Part shown: in pieces, positions 24,431 through 37,810 of the stretch | Layout: the number at the start of each line of letters is the position of its first letter | Numbering within the stretch: position 1 is the stretch's first letter | Assembly: GCF_009834535.1 (NCBI RefSeq) | Contig: NC_045697.1 | Span: 59,460,001 to 59,524,000 of the forward strand | Length of the DNA stretch: 64,000 bases | Direction of reading: 5' to 3' | Source: Camelus ferus | Taxonomy: Eukaryota | Notes under the pieces: model-generated | The model's database searches: none | Seen by the model: only the letters and a program-made list of their open reading frames with translations | Told to the model about the DNA's origin: nothing | Translations under genes and position numbers: made by a program

Positions 24431-27400
24431 AATAGGTCAGTTCTCAACATTGAAAGAAGGGCGTTTCATTAAAGCTTATTAATATAAGATAATCTGTATT
24501 CACATATATATCCATTCAAAATAATTATTGAGCATAAGACACTGGGTTAGATGTTGCACACAAACTGGTGAATTAAAACATAACCCTAGCTATGGAAGTT
24601 AAAATCTATTGGGAGAGACATAATTAACAAGTAAATAAACAAACAAAGATATCCTCAAATAATAATTAGTGCTAAGAAGAAAATCAGTGAAATGAAGTGA
24701 TATAATAATAATAATAATAATAAAAAGCCTATTTGAATTAGAAGAGGTTTATGGAAAGAAGCCAGCTAGCAAGATTGTGGGTGAGGCATATCTGTAGGTC
24801 TGAAGGTAAAAAATTTGGTTTGGTACCCTAAGAACTTCTGGTGAATTTTACAGTCATCAGCAATATAACAGGTAGTTAAACAGAAGAGTGATTAAGTAAG
24901 TAAAACCTATAATTTGGCAGAAATTGATGGATATTAAGTCAATTAAATGTACTTCTGATGGCAGAGCAAAACCAGCAATATGACTTATTTCTGATAACTG
25001 ACAACCTACATAATTGTATCTAAGTATGAAGAACCTCTCTTTTTTCTTAAAGAAAAGGGTATGGGGATAATCTCTCAGATGACTACATCTTCTAGAAAAA
25101 CACTACTCAAGTGAATGTCATGCTTTCACTGGAAATTGTGTGACATATCTATGGTGGTGGAATTTCTATATTCTCATGTAACAGAAAAATAAGGTGATGA
25201 ACTAATTTAATTATAAATAACAAAATGAGCAAGCTAAAGAAAGCAGAATGTTGAATGATCATTTTGAACACTATCATTTAGCCATTGTCAAAAAGACTTC
25301 TTGTATAACACTACAAATTTTACATATTAACATTTCTTTTATTATATAAATTTTCCTTTTACAAGATCTTACTATTCTTAAAGTCTAAGTGGTGTGCTGG
25401 AGTCAGCACTTAGTTCCTGCAGTTTTAATGAAAGAGACTTGTGATTAGCACATTGGGGGGCAAACTGAATCTTCAAGTCTTTTGAAGGCTATTGATTATG
25501 CTGATCAAATAGTATGAAGTGTTTTCAGTGTTCACAGTTCAGATGTGGTGTCCTCAAGGATCAGGCACATTTTCCTTACATTTGCATGAAAATTTGCATG
25601 TGAAACAAACTGCCTTTCTAACCTCTCTCTGCCTGTACCTTTGTCCAGCTAAACCTGGCAGAGTATCTTGTGATGGGCACACGGCCATCATGGCAGATGG
25701 GCCTGGGCAAGCAAGTCAAGAGCCAGAATGTACATCGCATTTGACCAAGAAAGGCACATTGACACCAGTATGTGTGGAAACAGCATTAGATGTACAGTCT
25801 TGCTCCCTGTGGCTGAGGGGCTATGACCTACCACTCTAGCTGAGAGTGAATTAGCTTTGTAAGTCTAAAACATTTAAGCCTAATAATTAGAGATCTATTG
25901 TGTAGAAAATTAAGGCTAGAATTCGGGACATGTTGGAGGAGAACAAAATGTAAAGCTTTGTTCCCTAAATTTTTTTTGAATAAAATATTGAATATAAATA
26001 TTTCTTCCAAAAAGTATCACCATCAACCCCAAGAATCATACTGATAATTTATTCTATCCATGCTAGTTGTAAGGTAATGCATCTTATAAACAATTTTTCA
26101 GAGAAAAGTTTACAGTTCCTCTTCACATAAGCAAAAGTGTATTATCTGGCAATTTTATACTTTATATCTCATTTGTCTTTATATAACTTATTAATATTTT
26201 CCGATCTATTCTTTTCCATTTCTTCAGTTTTACCTTTTCTCTCCAACTGCCCTACTATACTTTACATTCCACTTCATCAGGAATGAATGTTCTGAGAAAC
26301 TTGTTTTAAACCTTTATCCACCTCACCTCCGTCCTCTTAAACCTTCTGCTTTTGTGATCTCTGCCAATAATGTTACAATTACTCTGGTTAAAAACAGTAA
26401 GATGATCTTTGAGATGAATTTATCGTTTATTTCTATACCTAATGATTCTTCAAAATTTTCCAGTAATATCACCAGTTTACCCTTTTAATCAGTTCTCTCA
26501 TTTCCATATACATTTCTGTTACTTTAATTCTTAGCCTCATCACATCTCACCTGGACCAGGAGAGCACTCCCTTAAGTATTTAGCATAATGGCTTTGAAGT
26601 CAGACAGCCCAGGTCATCAATCCTGGCACAGCCCTTAATGTCTGTTGGATCCTGAAGAATTTAGTAAGCAGTACTTATCTCTAAAGAATGTGAGAAGGAA
26701 TAAAATGACATTGTATATACAAATATAGGTATGTAGATATTACCGATACTAAAGTCACTCTGTATTACCTTTATCAAAATCATTATTAATGCATTTTCTG
26801 ACTGCCCACTACATTGTGATAAAATTCATTATTTAAATGCCACATCTAGCCATATAATGACCAGACAATACTCCCAACCCACTTCAAATTTATCTGCTAT
26901 ATTCCTCTGTTTTTACAAAATAAAGCCTAAGTACCTTAGCATGTACTGCAAAAGATAGTGGTGTGCTGGTGTCTTGAAGACTGGGTTTAGATTTAAGCAT
27001 GGCCACTTGGTCTACAAATACTGGTGAACTGCTGCATACCTGGCACTTTGTTAAAGGCTGAGGATAGAAGAGTCAACCAAACAGGCACTACAGCTCCAGA
27101 CTGTGGTTATTTGATCTTGATTTGCTTAGTAATTCCAATCTCTAGCTTCTTCATTTACAAAATAAGGATAACTAGATTTTGGCCTTGTTTAAGAGATTCG
27201 ATGTGATAGCAGAAGTGATTATTATAATTTTGTAAAGATATTCCCAATGATAAGAGTAATCAGATTCAAGTCAGGAGCAAAAGTTAAGAGTTGAGAGAGT
27301 GTTCCAAATGGAAGAAGAAAACAAGACAACATTCTGTTGCTGCCCAAAGTGTAAAAGTCATCTTCTTATTCTTTGGATACACATACAATCACTTGTTTGT

Positions 27401-28179
27401 TATTGTTTTTTTAAAAGCCAGACATATATGTATTTATTTTCCACTTATATAATGCACTGTTTTCATTCAATATTTTAGTATTAGTAAGCTAACTTATTGT
27501 TGTTATGTTTATATACAAATAAAATAGAAGTATAATTATGTTTTCTTTAAATCAATAGATCATTCTTTCCTAACTTTCTTGGAGGATAATGGCTTAATGC
27601 ATACTTTCCTTTGAAAGTGAGAAGGGATTGGTTTCAGGAGTTTTCCAGATTACAAAGAGCACTGAGGAGAAGAGAGGAGAGTAAAACTGAGAAATAGGTC
27701 ACTGGGAGAGAGTAGAGAGATTTCATGTAAGTAAAAGAAAGCAAAGCATTTTTTCATATCTATGGCACTGCATGAAAATGGCTCTTTATTTAGTGGTTTT
27801 ATTTTTAATTTCTATGTATTTCTGTATTTTAATTCACGTTCTCTCACTGGGAAAATATTAGCCTGAAATTTCTAGAAAGAAACAGGAATAACAAAAGACC
27901 AATTAATTCTTTCAAAGTTAAGCAGTCAATTAATTAAAAGACCTAGGGTAGAACTTTATATCTTTACCACTCAGAGCAACCCTATCAGTGGTCGTCATCA
28001 GAGAAAACTGGGCATACTATGAGGATGTTATATCATAGCTGTAATTTGCCTGCATTCATGTGTCGGCTTATTAATGTGTTTTCCTCACTAGATTGTCAGT
28101 AGATCAGGGCCTGAGGAATTTTGGTGACTATCATGTTCCTATCTTTTACCACAGCTCCTGATGCTAAATAGTCAATTCT

Positions 28180-28520
28180 TGGAGTTAAAATCCAGATTTA
28201 TCCCTAAAAGACTAATATAATCTCACCTGGCAAAAACTTCGATCACTCCTCCTTCTACTCTTCTCTTTCTCTGAAACCGTAACCATACTTTGCTCTTTAG
28301 TATCCCTGGAAAACACAAAGCACATACTTGCTTCATTGTTTTTGTATTTCCATTCTCTCTCCCGGAAACTCTTACCCCCTAGATACCTGAATGGCTTAGT
28401 CTGTTACTTGATTCAAGTCTCTGCATATGTGCCATATTTAGAGAAGCCTTTCCTGTCCATCGTATCAAAGATGTTGCTTCCTGTCAGTCTACATTTAGCT
28501 GCCTAATATTTCTTCCTAAA
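28180..28520 (+). mobile_element. L2 fragment
   Basis: ctcccggaaactcttaccccctagatacctgaatggctt..attcaagtctctgc..gagaagcctttcctg. Confidence 0.65.
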
Positions 28521-28534
28521 TTTTATAATTATTT

Positions 28535-29540
28535 TTTCAATATATGTTTATTGAACATCTACTATGTATCAGATACTTATCCAAACACAGGTATATAGCA
28601 TACACAAACATGGCAAAAATCACTGTTCTTGTGGAACTTAAATTTGAGCCCAGAGATAGACAAGAAAAAAAGGTTAAGACTAAAATATATAATATTTTTG
28701 TTAGTGATAAATACCATGGAGAGAATAAATGAGGAAGGGGTTTAGGAAATGCTGGGTGGCCAGAGAAGCCCTCACTTACAGGTGATATTTGAGTAAAGAT
28801 TCAAAAAATGTGAGGAAGCAAGTTGGGCAGTGATCTGACAAATGAGCTCCGTAGGAGAAGGGGGTAGCAGATGAAAACGCCCACAGTCGGGAGTCCAGCC
28901 AGATTAATCCAGGATCACAGAAGAGGCCACTGTAGCGAGAACAGTGACTAAGGGGAGAATGTTGATAGATGAAGGAAGAAAGAAATGGGTTTAGGTCATG
29001 GGCTTTGGAGACCATAGGAAGCACAAGTTGTTACTCTGAGACAGCAGAGATTTAAACAGAAGAAGAAAACCACCACTGGTGGAGAGCTAGCTCTCTTTGC
29101 CAAGATGTTAACATTTCAGCAGAGACCTGAAGGAAATGGCAAACCATGTAGCTCTCTAAATGAAGGCATCTTAGGCAGAGATAATAGCAAATATGAAGAC
29201 CCTGAGGAGGCAAGTGGGGATGTTCTTTAAGAAGAACAAGAAGAAAGTCAGTGTGGTGGGTGTGCAGCGGACAAAGGAAGAGTCAGAAGAATAAGTCACA
29301 GGAGACCTGGCAGATCCTAGGGCCTGTTTAGTTATGGTCAGAGTTTTGGCTCATGCTCTGAGGGAAGTAGGAAGCCATGGTTTTGAAGAGAATTACTTTG
29401 GCTGCTGTTGAGACTTAATTATACAGGCACGTGAGCAGGAGCAGGCATGAGGCTACATCAGTAGCCCAGCAGGAGAAGAGATTGGCTAAGGACGAGTGGA
29501 TAGGTTTAGCTGGAGGTGCCAAGAAGTGGTTAGATTCTGG
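28535..29540 (-). mobile_element. L2a 3' fragments
   Basis: tttattgaacatctactatgtatcaga..gtgatatttgagtaaaga..aagaagtggttagattctgg. Confidence 0.75.
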
Positions 29541-29559
29541 GAAAAAAAATTATATATTT

Positions 29560-29850
29560 TAGAATCAGCATTTTCCTCAAACTTTATATTCTAACATGTT
29601 AAACCTATACAAATTGAAATACTGGTAAAATAAACAACATATACTTTTCACCTAGATTCACTTAATGCTACTATTTTGCTATACTTCCTATATGCCCCCC
29701 ATATATATGTAAATATGTCTGTATATAATAGTCAACTTTTTCAGCTGAACTTATGCAAAAATATTTAATAGAAAAATCATGATATGTCATTCCTAAACTT
29801 AGTTGCAGTGATAAGGGTAAGAACATTAGCTACATAACAATAGTATGGAA
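29560..29850 (-). mobile_element. L1MC-like 3' fragment nested in L2
   Basis: atacttttcacctagattcac..ttttgctatacttc..tacataacaatagta. Confidence 0.55.
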
Positions 29851-30779
29851 ATATTTTGAGGGAAGAGCAGAAAGCATTTCCTGATGGATTGTTTCTGGGA
29901 TGGAAAAGATGATGTTTCCAAATGTTTTGGCGGGAGCAACTCCAAGTATGGAGAAACCATGTACCTAGATGAGAAACCCTGCATGAGAAGCAGGTTTGGG
30001 ATCATAGAGATTTAATTTCCTACCATTCTTATCTAGAGATTGTCTGGGACAGGGCATAATCCAAAAGTTTGGGGTGTGGAAAAGTTCTTGAAGTCAAGGA
30101 TATTTTGTATGGGGCAAGATAAAATAGCAAAACCGAGGTACCAGTATATTTATAGTGAAGTAATTTTCTAGGACTCTCAAATGAAGAATGGAGCCAGTCC
30201 ATTTAGCATGTTTTGACTCTCTGCGGCAGAATGCCTCACAGAGACTGCTGTAAAATTTTAAAAAATGTATAAATTTCAATATGAAGAAATATAGAGAAAG
30301 GTAGTCTCCAGAGTTAGTTAATGATTAGGACTATGACCTAAACCCAAGTTCTTTCTACATCTCTGTTCTATCATCCTAATTGTAGACTTCACTTTGATGC
30401 TGGTTCCCATTATATTCTTAAAGCAGTTGCTAGAAATACCTAAGGTAAGATTTATTTGTTCATCTCCAGTGGAAGAGCAACAGAAAAGGCTTTAACCTAA
30501 GCATGGATCGTAATTCCCTCTTTTAAGCATGGTTGGTCCACTTGAGTTACCATTTCAACAAGTACAGTCACCAAGATCCCTCTCTAGAACTAGGGATGAG
30601 ACAGATAACTATGAACACATCAATGAATTAAAAAATTAAAGATATTCTGTTAGGAAGAAGAAACAGAATAGTAAGAAAACAATAGAATCTATTATACAAG
30701 TTCTCTTACCCTGCCAAGTGCAATCAAGTCCTTAAGACAATTATTCTCATTTAGTTTATCATAGATTATGGGTTTCCTG

Positions 30780-31110
30780 TTAAAGAAAGCCACATAAATT
30801 GAACCATACAGTAGTACTCATTTGGATATGGCTTTTTTGATTCTGTGTAATATCTGTATCTACGTATTGGTTCTTTTCATTGTTGAGTAGTACTTCATTG
30901 TATGAATATACCACATGAATATTGGGTTGTTTATAGTTTTTGGTACTTTGGGATAAAGCTCCTGTGATTATCTTAACAAGTCTGAGGCAGAGGATCTTAG
31001 AATTATATTTATTTCTCTGGGGAGAATACCTAGAAGTAGAATTGCTATGTTAACTTTATAAAAACTACCAAACTTTTCTTTGAAGTAATTGTACATACAC
31101 TGTCCTAAAT
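30780..31110 (-). mobile_element. Ancient L1M 3' fragment
   Basis: tgttgagtagtacttcattgtatgaatataccaca..atacctagaagtagaattgct. Confidence 0.7.
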
Positions 31111-31676
31111 AACATACAGTCAGAACAAGGTCTACAGAATTAGAATTTGTGGTTATAGACTTGTAAAATAAAATTAAAATGATTATGAACACTGTTCTTT
31201 TTTCACTTCCACATTACCCTGTGTAGAGACAGGTAACAGACATAGGTCTTATATACTGAGAAGATTCTTTCCAGGGTTGATGAATACAGAGCTACCTGGC
31301 ATATGATATCTGAAGCTCAGAAAAGTAAGTGTTGTGTTTCTCCCTAGTGGAGTGAGTACTGAACACTGTCTTAGAGATTCAGAGATGGAGTCTTCAGTAA
31401 TATTCAGTCAGTAGAAGGGCCAGGACACAGGACTGGAGACAATTTTCATTTTTCAAATAACATGAAACTCTGAGAAAAATTACATCCGCTGAATGACATG
31501 TGTTTTCACTGAGTCAGGAAGAGCCTGTTTCCCTGTTAAATTAACAGACAATAATCAGTTTCACCCCCATGCTATGAACAGTCACGCTGTCTCTGGTAGA
31601 TCAGCCTTTGACTCACCTGCATGTTCCTTCTCTAGAAACTGACCAATAACTTCATGTTTATTTATGTGACGCCATC

Positions 31677-32032
31677 TATTACGGCCTGAATGTTTGTGTC
31701 CTCCTAAAATTCATATATTAAAACCCTGACCCCTAGCATGATGGTATTAGGAGGTAGGACATTTTGGAGGTGATTAATTAGGTCGTGAGGCTGGAGCACT
31801 CACGAATGGGTTTAGTGCCCTTGTTATAGAGACTCCAGAGAGCTCTCCCTCGCACCGGCTAAGCAGCAGAGAGCTGTCTGTGAACCAGAAAGTGGGCTCT
31901 CGCCGGGTATGGTATCCGCCAGTGTCTTAACCTTGGACTTCCCAGATTCCAGAACTGTGAGGAATAAATGTCTGTTGTCTTAACACCCAGTCAATGGTAG
32001 TTTCATTACAGTAGCCCAAACAGACTGAGACA
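31677..32032 (+). mobile_element. MLT1A/MLT1A0 MaLR solo LTR with 5-bp TSD ccatc
   Basis: ctgaatgtttgtgtcc..atggtattaggaggt..ccttggacttcccag..aataaatgtctgttg..gactgagaca; ccatc at 31672-31676 and 32033-32037. Confidence 0.92.
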
Positions 32033-32954
32033 CCATCCATGTGGGGTGTGGGTGAAGTCTAAGACATACAAGTCTAACACGAATATAGAGTTTGGGAAAG
32101 TCTATTTATGATGAACTGGTAGTTCTGTTTATTATCTTGGCCTACACTTTACCTCCCTGTGAGTCTTGAAAAATAGACATTTGAGATAATTAGCTCTTTT
32201 GTTTCCTCTTCTCTCCTTTTATTTTTCTTTCTTCTTCTTGTTTTTCTTCCTAACAATGACTTAAAGCTGGGTTTTCATCAACTTCTTCTAATTTTCATGA
32301 CCTTGTAAACATAGCACTGTGTCCTTCTCCCTTCTTCCTGTTTTCTAGATAAACACTGTTTGTTCTATATGGCTGTTTTTTCCTAGCATACCCAGAAAGT
32401 TCCACCCTCAGCTCAAAAATGTATTCTCAATACTTCATTTATGCATGTGCTCATGGGCGTCCTGGGCACTAAAGAAAGCTGATGCACAGCCAGACTTTAA
32501 AAGTGTCAGCTCTGTTTAAAATCTGTTTCCTTTCCTTCGTGTACATGATACTGTTCTCCACTGGCAGACAAGGCTAAGCAATTGCAGGCCTACTGCAATA
32601 TTTTTTCCACTCTGTTTTGAATAAAACCACTGGATTGAGGTCATTGTTTTTATTAGAGAAAAGATGATAATGTGATTATCGTATTTGTAGCTTGGGATCT
32701 GGGTCTCTGTTCTGAAGCAGTGACTACTGTGGGAGTCATCTGCTCTGTTAGTTGCAAGTGTGACTTTGGGCTCTTTAGTAGCGAGTAGTTGCTTTATTAA
32801 AATAATCTCTCTCTCTTTCTCTCTCCCTTTTTCCTTCCCTTCCTCCTTCCCTCCATCTTTCTTTACTCTCTCTCTCTTTCTCAGTCTGACTTTCTAGTCA
32901 CCTCTACATCTCCATCACTTTCAGGAGGCCTGCTCTTCTAACAAACATTGCAGC

Positions 32955-33068
32955 ATGGGGGACAGGGATATAGCTCTGGGAGGGTATAGCTCAGTGGTGG
33001 AGCCCATCCTTAAGATGCATGAGGTTGTGAGTTCAATCCCCAGTACCTCGATTAAAAACAAAAATTAA
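32955..33068 (+). mobile_element. tRNA(Ala)-derived SINE of camelid type
   Basis: A-box tagctcagtgg, B-box gagttcaatcc, A-rich tail, TSD-like aaacattgcagc / aaacactgcatc. Confidence 0.85.
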
Positions 33069-34239
33069 AAACACTGCATCTGGCTTCACCATTTAAGCTC
33101 ATTCTCATCATCCCTCTAAACTCCTGCAGCTGCCATTACTGGGACCTAGCTGGCTTGATACTTCCCTTTATTTTCCTAAATCACCACTCACACAAGGTTA
33201 TTGGGTATAACTGACACTTACCAAAGGGGTAGCAAAGGGTAATTAAAGCCCAAGGAAGAACACAATTCAAATAGAAACCACTGTCCTAAAATGTTATCAT
33301 CTCTCCCATGCCCTAAGGAATCTATTGCTGACTATATTCTTCATTAGAGCTTAGCTTATCACAAACTCCCGGGTCTCCTAGCCTACCTGATACCCTTCGC
33401 TAGTTGCCCCGGGCCACCAAACTCCAAACCTCTGCATTGCTTTTACTTTCCCATGTAGAGCAATTTCATCTCCTTGTCTTGCTCTCACTCATGCTGAGAA
33501 CCTCAACATTCCCAACATTGTGGACTCAGCGAGTTCCTAAGGTTTAATATACTAAAAATGATGAAAACCATTTTCTTTCGTTAAAAGCCATGCTTGATGC
33601 TGCTACGTCTCTAGTTATATACTACTTACCTTTTTTCTCCTACCTATTGAGATTGCTTATCCATTTCCTCATTCCAATTATAATTTGAATCAGAGCTCTG
33701 AACTCAATGATTTAAATCATTTTTGAATAATCTCAGTTAACAACAACAACAACAAAACAGTGAACGTGAACCACATTGCATTCAGGTTAAATTTCCTTCA
33801 CATGGTTTAAAATAGTTTCCTCTTCATCTTTAAATATTAAACGCGGCCTACAAGAAAGGATTGCTGAGTGGGATAAAGTGATTATTAACAAACTAGTAAA
33901 TCGTACTGAATTGAAATACCGATCTTGTATTAATTTCCCTAGCTTTGTAAAGAGCTTGGTCAACTGAACGTCTTGGTGATGTGAAACAAGGATGCTGCTT
34001 TCATACAGCTACACCAGATTTTTGCCTTTTCTTCCTTAAATCCATCATGGGAAAATGGACTGACAGCTATACCAAGTTTTACCACTTTAACATGACTCAA
34101 ATATGCAGGAGGGTAAGGTTCTTTCCCTGTTTGCTGAGCAGCTTGGAAAGAGATGACTACTCATGACCCCACTTCCGCAGAGTACTTAGAAAAATCCTAG
34201 AAAGTGCTCAGATCATGTTGGCTATCATTGTTAGTGAGA

Positions 34240-34470
34240 GGAAGCAGAGTATAGGAATTATGATATTAGGCTCAGGAACAAAACAGCCTGAACTTGAATC
34301 CTGACATAACACTTACATGTTGTGATCTTAGGCAGTTAGCTGATTTTCTGGGACTCAGTTTCCTCATCAGTGAAAAAAAAAAAGTCAAAAACAGTATTAG
34401 GAGATGGCTCAAAGGTTTAAATTACTTATACATGTAAGGTGCTTAGAATGGTGCTGGCACAGGCTTAATA
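34240..34470 (+). mobile_element. MIR SINE, near full length
   Basis: tgtgatcttaggcagtta..ctcagtttcctcatc..gtgcttagaatggtgctggcac. Confidence 0.85.
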
Positions 34471-35579
34471 AGAGGCCCTTTCCTTTGTTTTTGCTTTTGC
34501 CAGAGGTGGCCTGGGCTCACTTCTATACTTCATGGAGCTGGTCTTTTAGGGGTTGGTGAAAAATATGGAAAATAGGAAAGAGCTGGTGTTAAAAGCATTG
34601 CTGCTGTTACAGATCAGGTATGGAGCTGTCCAGAAAACTTTGGAAGGGAGCCCTGCTGGGGAATCTGAAGTATGTGTGTAATGACACTAGTGGGGATTCG
34701 GCAAGGTATACCCAGTGTCCAAATCAAAAAAAGGGAAGAGGAGTCCAAGAGTGAATGAAATCAGAGGTCTTTCATTTGGGACTCTAAAGATCCTCACAAC
34801 TTTAAACAATTCATTACAGGAAGAAAAAAATGGAAATCGTGCCATGCCTACCATCTCTCCTATTTTTCCTTTAGTGCTCACATTTGGAAATTTCGCTTGT
34901 CTAAATGTATATAATGCATCACAGTCATTCATCATGCCCGTGTTGTGGCAAGTGGAAGCCATGAGGAGTTTATTAGGGTTTCCTGAGTGGGCTGTGGGAG
35001 GCCTTTTTCCTTCCGTTCTGTCCATGTTTCCGCCAGCTTCTGGCACTCGTTAGTGATGTTTATACCTGGAATGGGTCAGATGAACCTTGGTAATGGTTAG
35101 AATATCCCACTGGGAACATATTTTGGTTTTATTCAATTCCTTGAGTCTCTGATTCTTCAGTTTCCAGAATTTGGGTCTGGAATGTGTTGGCTCTCTCTGG
35201 CAGAATGCAGGTTCCGATTTGTAATCGAGGGCTGGGAAAATATTCAGACATCTGCTGGGAGGTAGTAATAGAGCCAGGGCAACTGCTTGGAAGCATTTGA
35301 CTTTCAACAACACAGCCCAGGCGTCTGTGCTTCCACATATGCAACTCTGAAAACAAAGGCAGAGAGGGGAGGAGTGAGTGGCATGTGGCCTCTTATTTAC
35401 CAGAAAGGGACTGTGCGATTTATTGGCATCTCCACAATGCTAGTTATGTGACTCTGTGGTTATATGCATGAAAGTGGGTATAAAACTGAGCAAATGGGCA
35501 ACAACATGCAAAAATCCCACCATCTTTCAGATAGACCTTGGCTGGAATGAATGAAGTGGCCTCTTTATGAAACAGAACC

Positions 35580-35580
35580 A

Positions 35581-35607
<27 letters not shown>
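35580..35607 (+). repeat. A28 homopolymer
   Basis: Direct count. Confidence 0.95.
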
Positions 35608-35611
<4 letters not shown>

Positions 35612-36000
35612 TCAGAAAAGAATTCTTGCCAATGTGATACAAATCTATAAAATCTGAACTGAATGTCTGCTCTTTTATCATGCCATTCTAACATTTTAAA
35701 AGCCATAAGCACCATAGAAGTGTTACTGGCAGAGTTCTATCTGAAGGAAACTTTTTCTTGATCTTGCAATCAAGTTGCATGTTTTAATTGAAATCAGACT
35801 TTAAACTTTAATATATACAGATTTACATTCTTAAATGAAAATGCCAGGATAATTTTTGATTGTGTCAGGCAGGAACTACATGAATTAACTTGTTAGTTCA
35901 TTTCACTGATGGTAAGGAACAGATTTACTTCAGCCTAAAAAAAAGAATGTAAGTGGTGGAAATTTATGTTTTTAATGTTGGGAATAGAAATGGCTTTACA

Positions 36001-36142
36001 ATGTTATGATAACTCACAGAGAAAAAAATGTGACAATGAGTGTGTATATGTCCATGAATGACTGAAAAATTGTGCTGAACACTGGAATTTGACACAACAT
36101 TGTAAAATGATTGTAAATCAATAAAAAATGTTAAAAAAAAAA
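36001..36142 (+). mobile_element. Very young 5'-truncated L1 3' stub with perfect TSD
   Basis: agaaatggctttacaat at 35986-36002 and 36143-36159; aataaa and A tail. Confidence 0.93.
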
Positions 36143-36186
36143 AGAAATGGCTTTACAATCCATTCCTTTGGTTGCTTTTAAAAAGG

Positions 36187-36409
36187 GATAGACTGGGATT
36201 TCAAAATTGTAGAATAGATAAACAAGATTACACTGTATAGCACAGGGAAATATACACAAAATGTTATGATAACTCACAGAAAAAAAATGTGACAATGAGT
36301 GTGTATATGTGCATGAATGACTGAAAAATTGTGCTGAACACTGGAATTTGACACAACATTGTAAAATGATTATAAATCAATAAAAAATGTTAAAAAAATT
36401 AAAAAAAAA
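36187..36409 (+). mobile_element. Second young L1 3' stub of the same subfamily
   Basis: gactgggatttcaaaattgtagaatagataaacaag..gtatagcacagggaaa..; TSD taaaaagg at 36179-36186 and 36410-36417. Confidence 0.92.
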
Positions 36410-36689
36410 TAAAAAGGTGAGAATTGGATACTCAGTTCAAGTAATAATCCATCAATGTGATTCCTGAGTCACTGGCACTTCGCTGGCTTTAAAGTTACTG
36501 TTGCATACCGTTTGTTTCTTGGTCTGGAGAATAACACAAACTAAGGGAAAACCAACACTGAACAAGTAATCGTGATAAAACAGAATTATGCAGTCTCTGA
36601 CAGAGGCATCAAATATGCATGTACACACTGTCAGATGCTTGGGGTTCAACTTCACCTTTCAATGCTCACAAACACTTTGATCCTCTGTT

Positions 36690-36852
36690 AGTTATTTGTC
36701 TCTCTGAGCCTCAATTTTGTCTCTCTCAAATGGAGGTAAAATTAATGCCTGCCTCTTAGGATTATTGTGACTTTCAAAGAAATCAATCCCTGTCATATAG
36801 GTAACAGTGCCCAGCACATAGCAAGTCCTCAATATATATTTTACTATTATTA
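36690..36852 (+). mobile_element. MIR SINE 3' half
   Basis: tctctgagcctcaattt..gcctcttaggattattgtga..acagtgcccagcacatag. Confidence 0.8.
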
Positions 36853-37144
36853 GCTTTGGTAATCAGTCTCAGAAATTGGAAAACATGTTATAAACATCTT
36901 GTTTTCCCATAATTTCCTGTATGTAACAATCTCACTCATGCATATATCTTATTGGTTGATTTAAGAACTGTGATAATGATGACTGTACGCATTCTAAATA
37001 TTCATCTCCTCCATGCCTTTGAATAGTAGCTGTGTGCTATTTATAACTCCAGGCTGTACATGTAACTCATATCTAACGTCAATGGCCTTAACTCCTCTTA
37101 TAAGATCTCACTGAAATACTCAGCATTTTACTTGACTTTATTTT

Positions 37145-37560
37145 TAGCTAGGATTAGTTTGGCCACATGTGACAAATAACATACAAATGACAGTGCTTGA
37201 GCAAGATCAAGTTCATTATTTCCTCAAGTAAGAAAAGTCTGGAGGTAGGCTGTCTAGGGCTGCTTATGATCAGGGACCCTTTTCTAGCTTTCTCCTTTCT
37301 CCTTAAAGTGTTTTCTGCCATTATATTTGCATCCCAACCATCACGAAGGGTAAAGAGACAAAAAAGAAGGGTCAAAGCACCCTCTAGCTCTCTGGTGAGG
37401 AAGTTTCTCTTTTAGCTTCCTGAGAAGAATTCCTCTTACATCTTTAAGCCGTAACTTAGGCATGAAGCCACAAGTAGCCCCAAGAGAGGCTGGATAGTAT
37501 GGTCTTCATCAGAAGCATCCATGTATCCAGCTAAGGGTGGGAGTCTAATACTAAGAGGGA
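37145..37560 (-). mobile_element. Old MLT1 (I/J-like) MaLR LTR
   Basis: aagaaaagtctggaggtaggc..tttgcatcccaacca..cttacatct..aacttagg. Confidence 0.6.
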
Positions 37561-37639
37561 AAAAAAAAAAACCAAAAAAAAAAACACTAGTGGAGAAGCA
37601 TCCATTCATCAGTGAGGCAATTTGGACAGGGCTGAAGCA

Positions 37640-37810
37640 GAGGGAAAGACTATGAACTCCACAGTGGACTGCTACCTACTGGTTCGGTGTTTTGAGTAAG
37701 ATGCTTCATTTCTCTATGCTTTAATTTTCTCATCAGGAGCATAGGTCTGTTTCAGGAACAGATGAGTTACTGCACTTCAGCACTTAGAACAGTGCTGTGC
37801 ATGTGAAAAG
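37640..37810 (+). mobile_element. MIR SINE
   Basis: tttctctatgctttaattttctcatc..gcacttagaacagtgc. Confidence 0.6.

Noticed and set aside
32978..33050. Possible tRNA-Ala gene
   Set aside because: Degenerate anticodon and T arms, A-rich tail and TSD indicate a SINE
34687..35053. Overlapping 119-aa and 112-aa ORFs on opposite strands
   Set aside because: No recognisable homology or convincing exon boundaries; lengths are compatible with chance
34690..35620. A28 run as the tail of a processed pseudogene (ggattc-like flanks)
   Set aside because: No AATAAA shortly upstream of the run, poor TSD match and no recognisable mRNA
36001..36409. Direct repeat as a tandem duplication or CRISPR-like array
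   Set aside because: Each copy has its own TSD and tail, and this is eukaryotic DNA with no repeat-spacer array
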